Of a stretch of 64,000 bases of DNA, positions 20,841 to 31,343 are shown piece after piece. Each line of letters starts with the position of its first letter. Position 1 is the first letter of the stretch. The notes below the pieces were generated by a model that searched no databases, was not told the DNA's origin, and worked only from the letters and a program-made list of their open reading frames with translations. The stretch lies in NCBI GenBank assembly GCA_943787295.1, contig CALSLW010000002.1, forward strand, positions 212,189 through 276,188, written 5' to 3'. The stretch comes from an uncultured Flavobacteriaceae bacterium (GTDB lineage: Bacteria; Bacteroidota; Bacteroidia; Flavobacteriales; Flavobacteriaceae). The translations under genes and the position numbers were made by a program.

Positions 20841-21818
20841 ATGAAAGCAATCGTTTGTGAAAAATATGGTCCCCCATCTGATCTAGTTTTAAAAGAACTC
20901 CCTGCCTTAAGCCCGGGAGAAAAAGAAGTTGTAATTCAAGTGAAAGCCTGCAGTTTGAATTTCCCAGATACCTTAATTATTCAAGGGAAATATCAATATA
21001 AACCTGCTCTACCCTTTACCCCTGGAAGCGATATCGCGGGAGTGGTATGCGCGGTAGGAAGCAAAGTAAAACACCTTAAAGAAGGGCAAGAAGTTTTTGG
21101 TTTTGTTGCAAATGGAGGCTTCGCCGAAGAAGTTATCGCACCCGCTAAAAATGTCTTCCCTAAACCCCCTAAAATGGATTTTGCTAGCGCAGCCTCTTTT
21201 TTAATGGCCTATGGCACTTCTTATCACGCCCTAAAAAACAGAGCAAAACTAAAAGAAGGAGAAACACTTGTTGTTCTAGGTGCATCTGGCGGAGTTGGTC
21301 TTGCTGCAGTAGAATTAGGAAAACAAATGGGTGCAAGAGTTATTGCCTGTGCTTCAACCCAAGAAAAGATTGACCTCTGTAAATCTTATGGCGCCGACGA
21401 AGGGATTAACTACAGTACAGAAGATCTTAAAGAACGTATAAAAGCCTTAACAGAAGGAAAAGGAGCAGATGTGATCTATGATCCCATCGGGGATAAATTC
21501 GCTGAACCAGCACTAAGAGCCATCGGTTGGGAAGGGCGCTATTTAGTGGTTGGTTTTGCCGCAGGTGAAATCCCTAAAATCCCCTTGAATTTAGCCTTAT
21601 TAAAAGGCTGTCAAATTGTGGGTGTTTTTTGGGGATCATGGGCGATGCAGTTCCCCACAGAGAACATGACAAATACCATGGAATTAGTTCAATGGCATGC
21701 AGAAGGAAAACTTAATCCACACCTACATGCACAGTATCCTCTTGCAGAAGCTCAAAAAGCCATGCAAGAAATGATGGATAGAAAAGTGCGAGGTAAAATT
21801 GTGATTAACTGTGGCTAA
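20841..21818 (+). CDS. NADPH:quinone oxidoreductase family (MDR/zeta-crystallin) protein
   Basis: LNFPDTLIIQGKYQ, GASGGVG and GFAAGEIP. Confidence 0.9.
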   Translation: MKAIVCEKYGPPSDLVLKELPALSPGEKEVVIQVKACSLNFPDTLIIQGKYQYKPALPFTPGSDIAGVVCAVGSKVKHLKEGQEVFGFVANGGFAEEVIAPAKNVFPKPPKMDFASAASFLMAYGTSYHALKNRAKLKEGETLVVLGASGGVGLAAVELGKQMGARVIACASTQEKIDLCKSYGADEGINYSTEDLKERIKALTEGKGADVIYDPIGDKFAEPALRAIGWEGRYLVVGFAAGEIPKIPLNLALLKGCQIVGVFWGSWAMQFPTENMTNTMELVQWHAEGKLNPHLHAQYPLAEAQKAMQEMMDRKVRGKIVINCG

Positions 21819-21822
21819 TCCC

Positions 21823-22272
21823 TTAAGAAAGTAATGCTTTTACGATAGTAGAAATGGTTTTACCATCTGCAGTCCCAGCCATTTGCTTTGAGGCCATTCC
21901 CATTACTTTGCCCATGTCTTTCATCCCTTCAGCGCTTGTTTGAGTAATGATGTCTTGTACGATTTTTCTGATTTCATCTTCAGACAATTGGGTGGGTAAA
22001 AAGACCGCAATTATTTCGGCTTGTGCTTCTTCTGGCTCTGCAAGATCAACACGGTTTTGATCCCTAAAGATTTGTGCGCTGTCTTTGCGTTGCTTGACCA
22101 GCTTTTGAACCAATTTAATCTCTTGTTCTTCGGTGAGTTCTGTTCCTGCGGCAGTAGCAGTTTGCTCTAAAATTACGGCAGATTTGATGGCGCGTAAAGC
22201 TTCTAGCTTTAGGCTATCCTTTGCGCGCATGGCGTTCTTAATCTCGTCTGTTAAATTGGCTAATATTCCCAT
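21823..22272 (-). CDS. GatB/YqeY domain protein
   Basis: AMRAKD, KQRKDSA, FLPTQLS and DMGKVMG; follows ftsZ. Confidence 0.92.
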   Translation of the reverse strand: MGILANLTDEIKNAMRAKDSLKLEALRAIKSAVILEQTATAAGTELTEEQEIKLVQKLVKQRKDSAQIFRDQNRVDLAEPEEAQAEIIAVFLPTQLSEDEIRKIVQDIITQTSAEGMKDMGKVMGMASKQMAGTADGKTISTIVKALLS

Positions 22273-22274
22273 GT

Positions 22275-24365
22275 TTAGTCTACGTTGTCGTGTAAAAATG
22301 AATTATTTGATCTCAACTGTATATCATCGTTTGAGTCACTATCCAGCGATAATGTTGAAGGAGCTTGTTCTTCTTGAGTGCCATCAAGTTCGAAACCTAG
22401 GCGTTTATAGGCTGGTTGACGCTCCATCTCTTCAATGCGATTGATATTGTTATTAAAGGTATAGTTGAACTGCTTTAATTGTTCTTTTCGCTTTTCGTTT
22501 TGAAGGTTGATGCTTTCGCGAATCGATTGATCGAATGGACTTGATTCTGTAGGCGGCAAGGCTTGTTTTGCCTCTTCGTTTTCAGGGATTTCTGCAATTA
22601 CCTTTAGTTCAATATCAGCAATTTCGGTGGCTTGTAGTTCCTCTAGTTGATTGACAGGGGCTTCTTTGATCTCTTCTAATTGGAAAACCGTTGCAATAGG
22701 TTCTTCAATTGTTTGAGGAACTTCAATCTCTTGGCTAGTAAGCTCTTTTTGAATTGGCAATTCAAATTCAAATTGAATTTGCTGTTTTTCCTCGCTTTCG
22801 ATCAATTCGTGATCAACAACATCAATTTCATTAATAGAGGAATCAATTTCGTTAAAGACAAAATCATCTTCAAGGGTAACGTCTTCAACTGCTTCGATAG
22901 AAGGTGTTGATTGAATAGGAGTCACTTGTTCTGCAATAACTTCGAGAGAAGCGATTTCTTGTTTGGTCGCAATCAATGGATTTTCTTCTACAGCAACTAC
23001 AATAGTGTCTATTACTTCAATCCCATCGTTAGGAGAAACCACTTGAACATCATCAACTTCAATGGCATTTATGGTAGTTTGATCGATTGACTCATCTTGT
23101 GGTGTAACCTCAAGGGCCTGATTTGTAACTTTTGGCGAAGCCTCAAATTCTTCCAAAACCACCTTTGGCAAAGGGTCTAAAACAGGCTTAACTTCATCTG
23201 CTTCGTCTTCTAGACTGTACTTGATAATAGGCTCGTCTGAAGGTGTTTCGATCGGTACTTCAAAGATACTTTGGGGTGCTTTTTCTTGAGTTAAATCTTG
23301 AATTAAAGGCTGCTCTTCTTCCAGGGTATGGATGATTTTCTTTGCTTCTGTGTTGACAATTTCGTGTTGCTGTTCAGAGTTAAAACCGGTGGCAATAATG
23401 GTAACAGAAATAGTACTGCCCAGAGCGGGATCTTCTCCTACACCCATGATAATATTGGTGTTATTACCTGCTTCTGTTTGAATAAAATCATTGATTTCTC
23501 CGATTTCATCAATGGTGATTTCTTCTTCTCCAGAAACAATTAAAAGCAGTACATTTTTACATCCTGCAATCTTATTGTCATTTAATAAAGGTGAGTCTAA
23601 GGCTTTGACAATGGACTCTTGGGCGCGATTTGCACCTTCAGCTATTGCAGATCCCATGATGGCAGAACCACTGTTACTCAAGACTGTTTTTGCGTCTTTT
23701 AAGTCAATGTTTTGTGTGTAGTGGTGGGTAATTACTTCTGCTATACCTCTAGCGGCTGTGGCTAATACTTCGTCTGCTTTGGCGAAGCCTGCTTTAAAGC
23801 CTAAATTACCATAAACTTCTCTTAGTTTATTGTTGTTGATGACGATAAGAGAATCAACACTTGATTTTAGTTCTTCGAGTCCTTTTTGGGCTTGTTCAAG
23901 GCGAATTTTTCCTTCAAATTGAAAGGGCATGGTCACAATCCCAACGGTTAAAATGTCCATATCACGGGCCATTTTAGCAATAATAGGAGCTGCTCCAGTT
24001 CCTGTTCCACCGCCCATTCCAGCGGTGATAAAAATCATTTTTGTCTGGGTTGAAAGCAGTGTTTTTACATCTTCTAAACTTTCTTGTGCTGCTTGTCTCC
24101 CAACATCTGGATTAGCACCTGCACCAAGACCTTCTGTCAAAGAAGCGCCTAATTGTATTTTAATGGGGACTGAACTTTTTTCTAAGGCCTGTGAATCGGT
24201 ATTACAAATAACAAAATCAACCCCCATGATTCCTTGCTGGAACATATAGTTGATCGCATTACCTCCACCACCACCTATTCCAATGACTTTGATGACATTG
24301 CTGCGGTTTTTAGGCAAATCAAAATTAAAATTCCCTGGGATGTTGTCCATGGTTTCTTCTGACAT
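22275..24365 (-). CDS. ftsZ: Cell division protein FtsZ
   Basis: GGGGGNA, GMGGGTGTG tubulin motif, long acidic linker and C-terminal NNSFLHDNVD. Confidence 0.98.
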   Translation of the reverse strand: MSEETMDNIPGNFNFDLPKNRSNVIKVIGIGGGGGNAINYMFQQGIMGVDFVICNTDSQALEKSSVPIKIQLGASLTEGLGAGANPDVGRQAAQESLEDVKTLLSTQTKMIFITAGMGGGTGTGAAPIIAKMARDMDILTVGIVTMPFQFEGKIRLEQAQKGLEELKSSVDSLIVINNNKLREVYGNLGFKAGFAKADEVLATAARGIAEVITHHYTQNIDLKDAKTVLSNSGSAIMGSAIAEGANRAQESIVKALDSPLLNDNKIAGCKNVLLLIVSGEEEITIDEIGEINDFIQTEAGNNTNIIMGVGEDPALGSTISVTIIATGFNSEQQHEIVNTEAKKIIHTLEEEQPLIQDLTQEKAPQSIFEVPIETPSDEPIIKYSLEDEADEVKPVLDPLPKVVLEEFEASPKVTNQALEVTPQDESIDQTTINAIEVDDVQVVSPNDGIEVIDTIVVAVEENPLIATKQEIASLEVIAEQVTPIQSTPSIEAVEDVTLEDDFVFNEIDSSINEIDVVDHELIESEEKQQIQFEFELPIQKELTSQEIEVPQTIEEPIATVFQLEEIKEAPVNQLEELQATEIADIELKVIAEIPENEEAKQALPPTESSPFDQSIRESINLQNEKRKEQLKQFNYTFNNNINRIEEMERQPAYKRLGFELDGTQEEQAPSTLSLDSDSNDDIQLRSNNSFLHDNVD

Positions 24366-24376
24366 GTGATTTTTCT

Positions 24377-25687
24377 TTAGGCTTTATCTAAAAATTCTTT
24401 AAACTTATCTGTCCATTGTTCAAAAATGGAATTTCTGTTCTTTGGAGCAACGGGCTGCGGCATTTCATCCACTGGCACATCTTGCTCAAGGGGCACCTCT
24501 TGCGGCTCTGGCATTAAATCTACCGGCATTTTATCTAATGCTGCCATCAACAGACCCACAGCGGTAGAGAAGGTTGGGCTTGTGGTAGACTCATCTGAAT
24601 CTCCTGCTAGATGTTCGTTTGGATAGCCTACACGGGTATCCATTCCAGTGATGTATTCGACCAGTTGCTTAAGGTGCTTTAATTGGCTTCCTCCACCGGT
24701 TAAAACAATCCCTGCAATAAGTTTTTTCTTTTGATCGTCGTGCCCATAATTTTTAATTTCTAAAAAGCATTGCTCGATGATTTCAATCACCCTTGCATTG
24801 ATGATTTTAGAGAGTGTTTTTAAAGAAATCTCTTTTGGATCTCGCCCTCTTAACCCAGGAATGGAAACAATTTCTGTTTCTTTATTTTCTCCCGGCCAGG
24901 CAGAACCAAATTTTACTTTTAGCAATTCTGCTTGCTTTTGAATAATAGAACAACCTTCTTTAATGTCTTCAGTAATGACATTTCCTCCAAAAGGAATTAC
25001 TGCAGTATGGCGAATAATCCCATCTTTGAAGATAGCAAGATCAGTAGTTCCACCTCCTATATCGATTAGCGCAACTCCCGCTTCTTTTTCTTCTTGGCTT
25101 AACACCGCATCTGACGAAGCAATGGGTTCAAGGGTAATTTTCCCCATTTCTAGGCCTGCGCTTTTAATGCATCGACCAATATTGCGGATCGAAGATACTT
25201 GGCCAACAACTACATGGAAATTCGCTTCTAATCTTCCGCCGTACATTCCAATGGGTTCTTTGATCTCTGCTTGACCATCTACTTTAAACTCTTGTGGTAA
25301 AACGTGAATGATTTCCTCTCCTGGGAGCATGACAAGCTTGTGCACTTGATTGATTAAGGTTTCTATATCTTGTTCATCGATCACCTCATCTGCATTTTCT
25401 CTAGTGATATAATCACTATGCTGAAGACTTCTTATATGTTGCCCAGCTATCCCGACCACAACATCGCTTATGGTTACACCAGATTTAGCCTCTGCTTCTA
25501 GGGTTGCTTGTTGAATCGACTGTATGGTCTGTGTAATATTATTGACCACCCCACGATGTACTCCTAGACTTTGAGATTTTCCTATCCCTAGAATTTCCAC
25601 TTTGTCAAATTCGTTTTTTTGCCCAACCATGGCGACTATTTTAGTCGTACCAATATCAAGCCCAACGGCAATTTTCTTATTTTCCAT
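24377..25687 (-). CDS. ftsA: Cell division protein FtsA
   Basis: GLDIGTTK, DIGGGTTD and LTGGGSQL; likely start MENKKI at 25687. Confidence 0.97.
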   Translation of the reverse strand: MENKKIAVGLDIGTTKIVAMVGQKNEFDKVEILGIGKSQSLGVHRGVVNNITQTIQSIQQATLEAEAKSGVTISDVVVGIAGQHIRSLQHSDYITRENADEVIDEQDIETLINQVHKLVMLPGEEIIHVLPQEFKVDGQAEIKEPIGMYGGRLEANFHVVVGQVSSIRNIGRCIKSAGLEMGKITLEPIASSDAVLSQEEKEAGVALIDIGGGTTDLAIFKDGIIRHTAVIPFGGNVITEDIKEGCSIIQKQAELLKVKFGSAWPGENKETEIVSIPGLRGRDPKEISLKTLSKIINARVIEIIEQCFLEIKNYGHDDQKKKLIAGIVLTGGGSQLKHLKQLVEYITGMDTRVGYPNEHLAGDSDESTTSPTFSTAVGLLMAALDKMPVDLMPEPQEVPLEQDVPVDEMPQPVAPKNRNSIFEQWTDKFKEFLDKA

Positions 25688-25691
25688 ATCC

Positions 25692-26402
25692 TTAGTTATG
25701 ACGGGCAACGACCTGCTTATCATAGGTCAAATTGATCCGATTAAATTTTTTGTCTTTGTTTTCTAAAGTAAAAGCACAAAAGCGCTTTAACTTTTCAACC
25801 TTATGTTCAAAGGCGTTGTCCTCGCCCCATACCACCTCAAAGGGATAAGAGCGAAGTCCTAACACAAAAGCACTGTTTTGCCATTGAAAGTCGATCACCT
25901 CTGCTGCTAAAAAAGCATCTGAAGACAACTTAGAAATCAATTGAACGAGTGCTTGCATATTTTCTTCCTTTAACTCACCGTAAAAAAGTGGAACCTTAGC
26001 GGTAAAGCGATCCGATAGCGGTATGACTTTTCCAACTTCATCGAGATAAAAACTGTTATCTGCTTGTATACGAACAATGGGCAGTCGCTCTTCTATTTCG
26101 ATGTGTAATTTCCCTTCAGGAACGGTAAATAGCTCAGCGCTTTTTACCACCGGGTGATCTAAAAATTGCTGTTCTACCTTATTCAAAGCTACCATATCTT
26201 TTTGCTGAAAAAACAAACTGTCATTGCTTTGTATCAACAATTTATTAACGATTTCTACATCTAAAAATCGCGCACCTTTTCCCTTAAAATTAACCACTAA
26301 TTCACTGGTTAATATATTATTAGATCTAATTTTAGTCAAGACGACAGAACCCACCAACATCGCTAGCATAAACAATAAATGAAGTATTTTAGATCGTTTC
26401 AT
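25692..26402 (-). CDS. ftsQ: Cell division protein FtsQ/DivIB
   Basis: N-terminal TM segment, POTRA-like region and IEERLPIVRI; position between murC and ftsA. Confidence 0.88.
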   Translation of the reverse strand: MKRSKILHLLFMLAMLVGSVVLTKIRSNNILTSELVVNFKGKGARFLDVEIVNKLLIQSNDSLFFQQKDMVALNKVEQQFLDHPVVKSAELFTVPEGKLHIEIEERLPIVRIQADNSFYLDEVGKVIPLSDRFTAKVPLFYGELKEENMQALVQLISKLSSDAFLAAEVIDFQWQNSAFVLGLRSYPFEVVWGEDNAFEHKVEKLKRFCAFTLENKDKKFNRINLTYDKQVVARHN

Positions 26403-27732
26403 TCTGCTCTAATTTTTTCTTTAATGTGCTCAATTCTAACCCGACATCCCCAGCACCTAGCACCACTTTAATGCGCTGTGGCAATTGCTTGACAAGGGCT
26501 TCTAATGCTGTTTTTTCCAATACTTCAACCGGAGTTGTTGGATCGATTTTTTTGGCCAAAGCCTGTGAAGTTACCCCTGCAATAGGCAATTCTCTTGCGG
26601 GATAAATCGGTAGGAGGATTACACGATCAAACAAGGATAAAACTGCTGCAAAATCGTCCATAAAATCCTGAGTTCTTGAAAATAAATGTGGCTGAAAAAT
26701 CACACACTTTTCTTCCTGCGGGAAAGCATCTTCAAGGGTGTCAAAAACAGCTTTGATCTCTGTGGGATGATGGGCATAATCATCTATCAAAACATGTGCA
26801 TTAGACATTAACTTTAATTGCAAGCGTCGATCAACTCCTTCAAAATGTGCGAGGGCTTTAACCATTTTTTCTTCCGATAAGCCGTGCTGACTTGCCATGG
26901 CAAAAGCAGCAATTGCGTTCGAAAGATTATGCAGTCCTAACTGGCTAAAGTAGGTATTCACGTAGATGCCCTTCGGTGTGTGCAAATCAAATTGATACCC
27001 GTATCCTTTTGCCTGAACAGCAGTCGCATAATAATCTGCTTTCTTGCTGATACTATAAGTCAGTCCAGGCAGAGATATCCCTTTTTCGACAATCTTTACC
27101 TGTGTAATCTTATTTGAAAAGTCACGATAAGCAGCAAAAACCGCCTCTTCTGTACCATATATATCGAGGTGATCTGCATCGACAGATGTAATACACCCAA
27201 TGGAAGGAGACAACTGTAAAAAAGAACGATCAAATTCATCTGCTTCAACTAGAATTGTGTCGAGACCCGTAGAAACTAAATTTGTATTCTTTTGATTCAT
27301 CACTCCGCCAACAAAGGCAGTAAATGCTTCATCTAATGAAGAAAATAGATGTGCCAAAATAGCCGTGGTAGTGGTTTTACCGTGTGTTCCCGCTACCGCT
27401 AGGGTAGGTATATCTTTTGTGATTTCACCTAAAAAAACAGAGCGCTTAACAACACTGTTCCCCTGTTGCTCAAAATATTTTTTTTGAGGGTGCCCCAAAG
27501 GGATAGCGGGCGTAAAAATCACCTTTGTCTCCTTTGCTTGAAATTGCTTGGGTAGTGCTTCAACAGTTTGATCAAAAACTATGGTTGCTCCTTCTTTTTC
27601 TAAAGCTTGTGTTATAGGCGAAGGAGTTTTATCATAGCCCCCTACTTTGCATCCATGTTGCAACAAAAAGCGAGCGATAGAAGACATCCCTATTCCACCT
27701 ATTCCGATAAAGTAGTATGGCTGCTGTGTCAT
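26389..27732 (-). CDS. murC: UDP-N-acetylmuramate--L-alanine ligase
   Basis: GIGGIGMS, AGTHGKTTT, EADEFDRSF and DDYAHHP. Confidence 0.96.
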   Translation of the reverse strand: MTQQPYYFIGIGGIGMSSIARFLLQHGCKVGGYDKTPSPITQALEKEGATIVFDQTVEALPKQFQAKETKVIFTPAIPLGHPQKKYFEQQGNSVVKRSVFLGEITKDIPTLAVAGTHGKTTTTAILAHLFSSLDEAFTAFVGGVMNQKNTNLVSTGLDTILVEADEFDRSFLQLSPSIGCITSVDADHLDIYGTEEAVFAAYRDFSNKITQVKIVEKGISLPGLTYSISKKADYYATAVQAKGYGYQFDLHTPKGIYVNTYFSQLGLHNLSNAIAAFAMASQHGLSEEKMVKALAHFEGVDRRLQLKLMSNAHVLIDDYAHHPTEIKAVFDTLEDAFPQEEKCVIFQPHLFSRTQDFMDDFAAVLSLFDRVILLPIYPARELPIAGVTSQALAKKIDPTTPVEVLEKTALEALVKQLPQRIKVVLGAGDVGLELSTLKKKLEQNETI

Positions 27733-28823
27733 GCTTTTTGCTGTAATTGATGGATCATTTTTACAATTTCTTTTGTCGCCTTTGGCTTTGCCATTTGACG
27801 AATATTTTCGGTTAATTCAAGTTGTTTTTTTGGCGATGTTACAATCGCCTCAAAAAGTGTATTAAATGATTGCTCTATGTCTTTCTCTTCGATTAAAACA
27901 GCAGCATTTTTCTTGGCTAACGCATTCGCATTATGGAACTGATGATTCTCTGCCACATTAGGCGAAGGAATCAAAATAACAGTCTTACCAACCAAACACA
28001 ATTCTGAAACACTGGCAGCGCCTGCGCGCGAAATAATGATGTCTGCGGCAGCGTACAACAAGTCCATCGCTTTGATAAAGGGATAAATTTTAATATTGCT
28101 AGTGGAAAGATTTTTAAAGCGATCGTAATATAACTTTCCGCATTGCCAAATGACATCTAACTCTAGCTTTTCAAAGTAATCAATATTTGCCGCAATTAGT
28201 TCATTAATGCGTTGTGCCCCTAGACTACCGCCTAAGACAACCAGGGTTTTTCGGTCTTTTGAAAGTTCAAAATGTTGTTCTGCTTTGGGTGTTAAGTCGT
28301 TGGTATTAATCAAAGAACTGCGTACAGGGTTTCCAGTATAAATGATTTTATGTGCTGGAAAAAAACGCTGCATTTCTGGGTAAGCCACTGCGATTGCGTT
28401 GGCCTTTTTCGCCAAGAGCTTATTGGTTATCCCAGGGTAAGAATTCTGCTCTTGCAGAAGGGTTTTACTTCCAAATAAATTCCCAACAAACAACATTGGA
28501 CCACTGGCAAATCCTCCAGTACCGATCAGGACATCGGGGCGATATCTCAACCAAATGAATATTGACTGAAGCAAACTAATCGCTAATTTTAAAGGGAAAA
28601 GAATATTTCGCCACAGTTGCTTTCGCTGCAGTCCAGAAATCCATATTCCATGAATCTTATAACCAGCCTGAGGCACTTTTTCCATCTCCATTTTACCTAG
28701 GGCTCCAACAAAAATTATGGTCGCTGCAGGATTTTGGGCTTTTAACTCATCGGCAATGGCGATAGCTGGGTAAATATGCCCTCCTGTACCTCCTCCAGAA
28801 ATGATGTACTTAGATGGTTTCAC
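27729..28823 (-). CDS. murG: Lipid II GlcNAc transferase
   Basis: GGGTGGHIYP, GNPVR, GGSLGA and SRAGA. Confidence 0.97.
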   Translation of the reverse strand: MKPSKYIISGGGTGGHIYPAIAIADELKAQNPAATIIFVGALGKMEMEKVPQAGYKIHGIWISGLQRKQLWRNILFPLKLAISLLQSIFIWLRYRPDVLIGTGGFASGPMLFVGNLFGSKTLLQEQNSYPGITNKLLAKKANAIAVAYPEMQRFFPAHKIIYTGNPVRSSLINTNDLTPKAEQHFELSKDRKTLVVLGGSLGAQRINELIAANIDYFEKLELDVIWQCGKLYYDRFKNLSTSNIKIYPFIKAMDLLYAAADIIISRAGAASVSELCLVGKTVILIPSPNVAENHQFHNANALAKKNAAVLIEEKDIEQSFNTLFEAIVTSPKKQLELTENIRQMAKPKATKEIVKMIHQLQQKA

Positions 28824-30009
28824 TTAAAACAGCTAAAGGATTATCTTCGTTGATTTCTTCTTTTTCTTCTTTTTTAACAGTGGTTACACTGGCGCTTAAA
28901 ATAACACCAAAGGCAACACAAGTCATCCACGCAGCAGTTCCCCCACTGCTGATCATTGGTAAGGTTTGCCCAGTAACAGGAAACACATTGAGAGCGACCC
29001 CCATATTGATAAAAGCTTGAACAATCACAGGTAAACCTACTCCCATCACTAGAAGTTTTCCATATACCGTATTCACCCGTCTGGCGATTAGCATTAACCG
29101 GAAGAGAATAACGAGGTATAAAAGGATGATTATCACTCCGCCTACTAAGCCAAACTCTTCTACAATAATGGCATAAATAAAGTCTGAACTACTTTGAGGT
29201 AAAAAGTTTTTCATCACGCTTTTCCCTACCCCAAGTCCGGTAACTCCACCCGTTGCAATAGCAATTTTAGCGCGCTCGACTTGGTAGTTTCCAGAGCTAC
29301 CTTCGCTAGGAGAAGTAAAGTTTTCAATACGACTCATCCAGGTATCAATACGGTTTGGCATAGCCTCTGGAAAAGCTTTTGCGGCTAAAATAAACATGAT
29401 GAATGCAACTAAGCCAATTCCTAAAATGACTAAGAGGTGTTTGATGGGATAATTCCCAAAAAAACACAGTAAAAAGACCATCGCAAAAACAATGACAGCT
29501 GTTGATAAATTCGCTGGTAAAATAAGTGCAATAACAATCCCCACTGGGAGCCACAACGGCAAGAGGGTTTGACTAAAAGTCAATTGCTGCCCAAAGGTTT
29601 TATCTAAATAATGCGCCACATACATCATCAAGACTAAAAAGGCTAAAGTGGAAGTTTGAAAACCAATCCCCACAAAAGGAATCCTTATCCATCGACTAGC
29701 ATTTGCTCCTCCTATGGTGGTCCCTTGAGAAACGGTATAAATCAAAAGCAGGATGACAATAGGTAACATTAAAATTGAGATCCCCTTAAAATAATGAAAG
29801 GGAATGCGGTGAATTCCTATCATGATTACAAAACCCATTACAAGAATAAACATGTGTTTAAATAAGTGTTGCCAAGGCGTTCCATTGCCCACTACATAGC
29901 TTAAATTTGAACTGGCACTAAACACAGGGAAAAATGAAAATATAGCCAGAAGGGCCAAAAAGCCCCAAAGCGCCAAATCTCCTTGTATGAGTTTATTCTT
30001 CTGTTCCAT
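28810..30009 (-). CDS. ftsW: SEDS peptidoglycan polymerase FtsW
   Basis: Multi-TM protein with ASRWI, DFIYAIIVEE and GQTLPMISSGG. Confidence 0.95.
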   Translation of the reverse strand: MEQKNKLIQGDLALWGFLALLAIFSFFPVFSASSNLSYVVGNGTPWQHLFKHMFILVMGFVIMIGIHRIPFHYFKGISILMLPIVILLLIYTVSQGTTIGGANASRWIRIPFVGIGFQTSTLAFLVLMMYVAHYLDKTFGQQLTFSQTLLPLWLPVGIVIALILPANLSTAVIVFAMVFLLCFFGNYPIKHLLVILGIGLVAFIMFILAAKAFPEAMPNRIDTWMSRIENFTSPSEGSSGNYQVERAKIAIATGGVTGLGVGKSVMKNFLPQSSSDFIYAIIVEEFGLVGGVIIILLYLVILFRLMLIARRVNTVYGKLLVMGVGLPVIVQAFINMGVALNVFPVTGQTLPMISSGGTAAWMTCVAFGVILSASVTTVKKEEKEEINEDNPLAVLSETI

Positions 30010-31343
30010 TAAAGTCCTCTTACGGCTTCTTTAAATTGATTTCCGCGATCTTCATAATTGTCATAAAGATCAAAACTAGCACAGGCAGGCGACAACAATA
30101 CATACTCGCGTTTGTTAGCTAATTGATGCGCCATCTTAACTGCTTCACGCATTGATTGCGTTTCTACCATAAGGTCTACTACTGGAGAAAAAGACTCAAT
30201 AATTTTTTCATTATCCACCCCTAAACAAATAATGGCTTTCACTTTTTCACGCACTAAAGGCAATAGAGAAGAATAATCATTCCCCTTATCTACTCCCCCT
30301 ACTATCCAAACCGTTTGCCCTTCCATGCTTTCTAAAGCATAAAATGTAGCATTGACATTTGTTGCTTTTGAGTCATTGATATAGGTTCTATTTTGAATTT
30401 TCAACACATGCTCTAAACGATGTTCTACTGCTGTAAAACTCAATAAGCTGTTGCGAATAGATTCTTTACTAATGTCTAATAAACTTGCAACAGAGGCGGC
30501 AGCCATAGCATTGAGTAAATTGTGTCGCCCTTGAAGCGGAAATTGTGTTGTATTAATCATAGTGGTTGGTTTTGTAGTGTTTATTGATATTGTATCGTCC
30601 TGAAAGCTTGTTCCAGTTTGAGCTGCTATAGATATCCCGAAGGGAATTTTTGTCGCAACAGTATTATTAGTTTCTAAGGCTTTAGTGAGCACCTCATCAT
30701 CTGCATTAAAGAGCAAGAATTGATCTTCCGTTTGATTCATGCTTAAGCGAAGCTTTGAAGAGATGTATTGCGAAAAATCGTTGTTGTAGCGATCTAAATG
30801 ATCTGGGGTTATATTGGTAATCACTCCAATAGCTGGCGCGAAATTATGGATGTCGTCTAATTGAAAACTACTGATTTCTAAAACGTAATAGTCATAATCA
30901 TTTTGAGCGACTTGCTGTGCAAAACTCATCCCTATATTCCCTGCTAGACCTACATTAAATCCTGCTTTTTTTAACAAGTGATAAATAAGAAGTGTGGTGG
31001 TTGTTTTACCGTTACTACCCGTGATCCCGATGATTTTAGCTTGGGTAAACTGACTGGCAAATTCAATTTCAGAATGAATTGGAATCGCAGCAGCACGAAT
31101 CGCTTTAACGATTGCAACATGCTCTGGTATCCCAGGGCTTTTCATTACTAGATCTGCTTGAAGAATTTCTTCAGTTGAATGAGTTTTCTCTTCCCAGCGG
31201 ATGCTGTTTTGATCAAGCAGTGATTTAATTTTGGGTTCAATTTGACCAGCATCAGACACCAACACCTCATAGCCCTTTTGCTGCGCTAAAATTGCCGTGC
31301 CTTGACCGCTTTCGCCTGCCCCTAAAATCACCATTTTTTTCAT
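30009..31343 (-). CDS. murD: UDP-MurNAc-L-Ala--D-Glu ligase
   Basis: GAGESG, GSNGKTTT, NDSKATN and SPACASFD. Likely start MKKMVILG at 31343 (TAATG coupling with mraY). Confidence 0.97.
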   Translation of the reverse strand: MKKMVILGAGESGQGTAILAQQKGYEVLVSDAGQIEPKIKSLLDQNSIRWEEKTHSTEEILQADLVMKSPGIPEHVAIVKAIRAAAIPIHSEIEFASQFTQAKIIGITGSNGKTTTTLLIYHLLKKAGFNVGLAGNIGMSFAQQVAQNDYDYYVLEISSFQLDDIHNFAPAIGVITNITPDHLDRYNNDFSQYISSKLRLSMNQTEDQFLLFNADDEVLTKALETNNTVATKIPFGISIAAQTGTSFQDDTISINTTKPTTMINTTQFPLQGRHNLLNAMAAASVASLLDISKESIRNSLLSFTAVEHRLEHVLKIQNRTYINDSKATNVNATFYALESMEGQTVWIVGGVDKGNDYSSLLPLVREKVKAIICLGVDNEKIIESFSPVVDLMVETQSMREAVKMAHQLANKREYVLLSPACASFDLYDNYEDRGNQFKEAVRGL

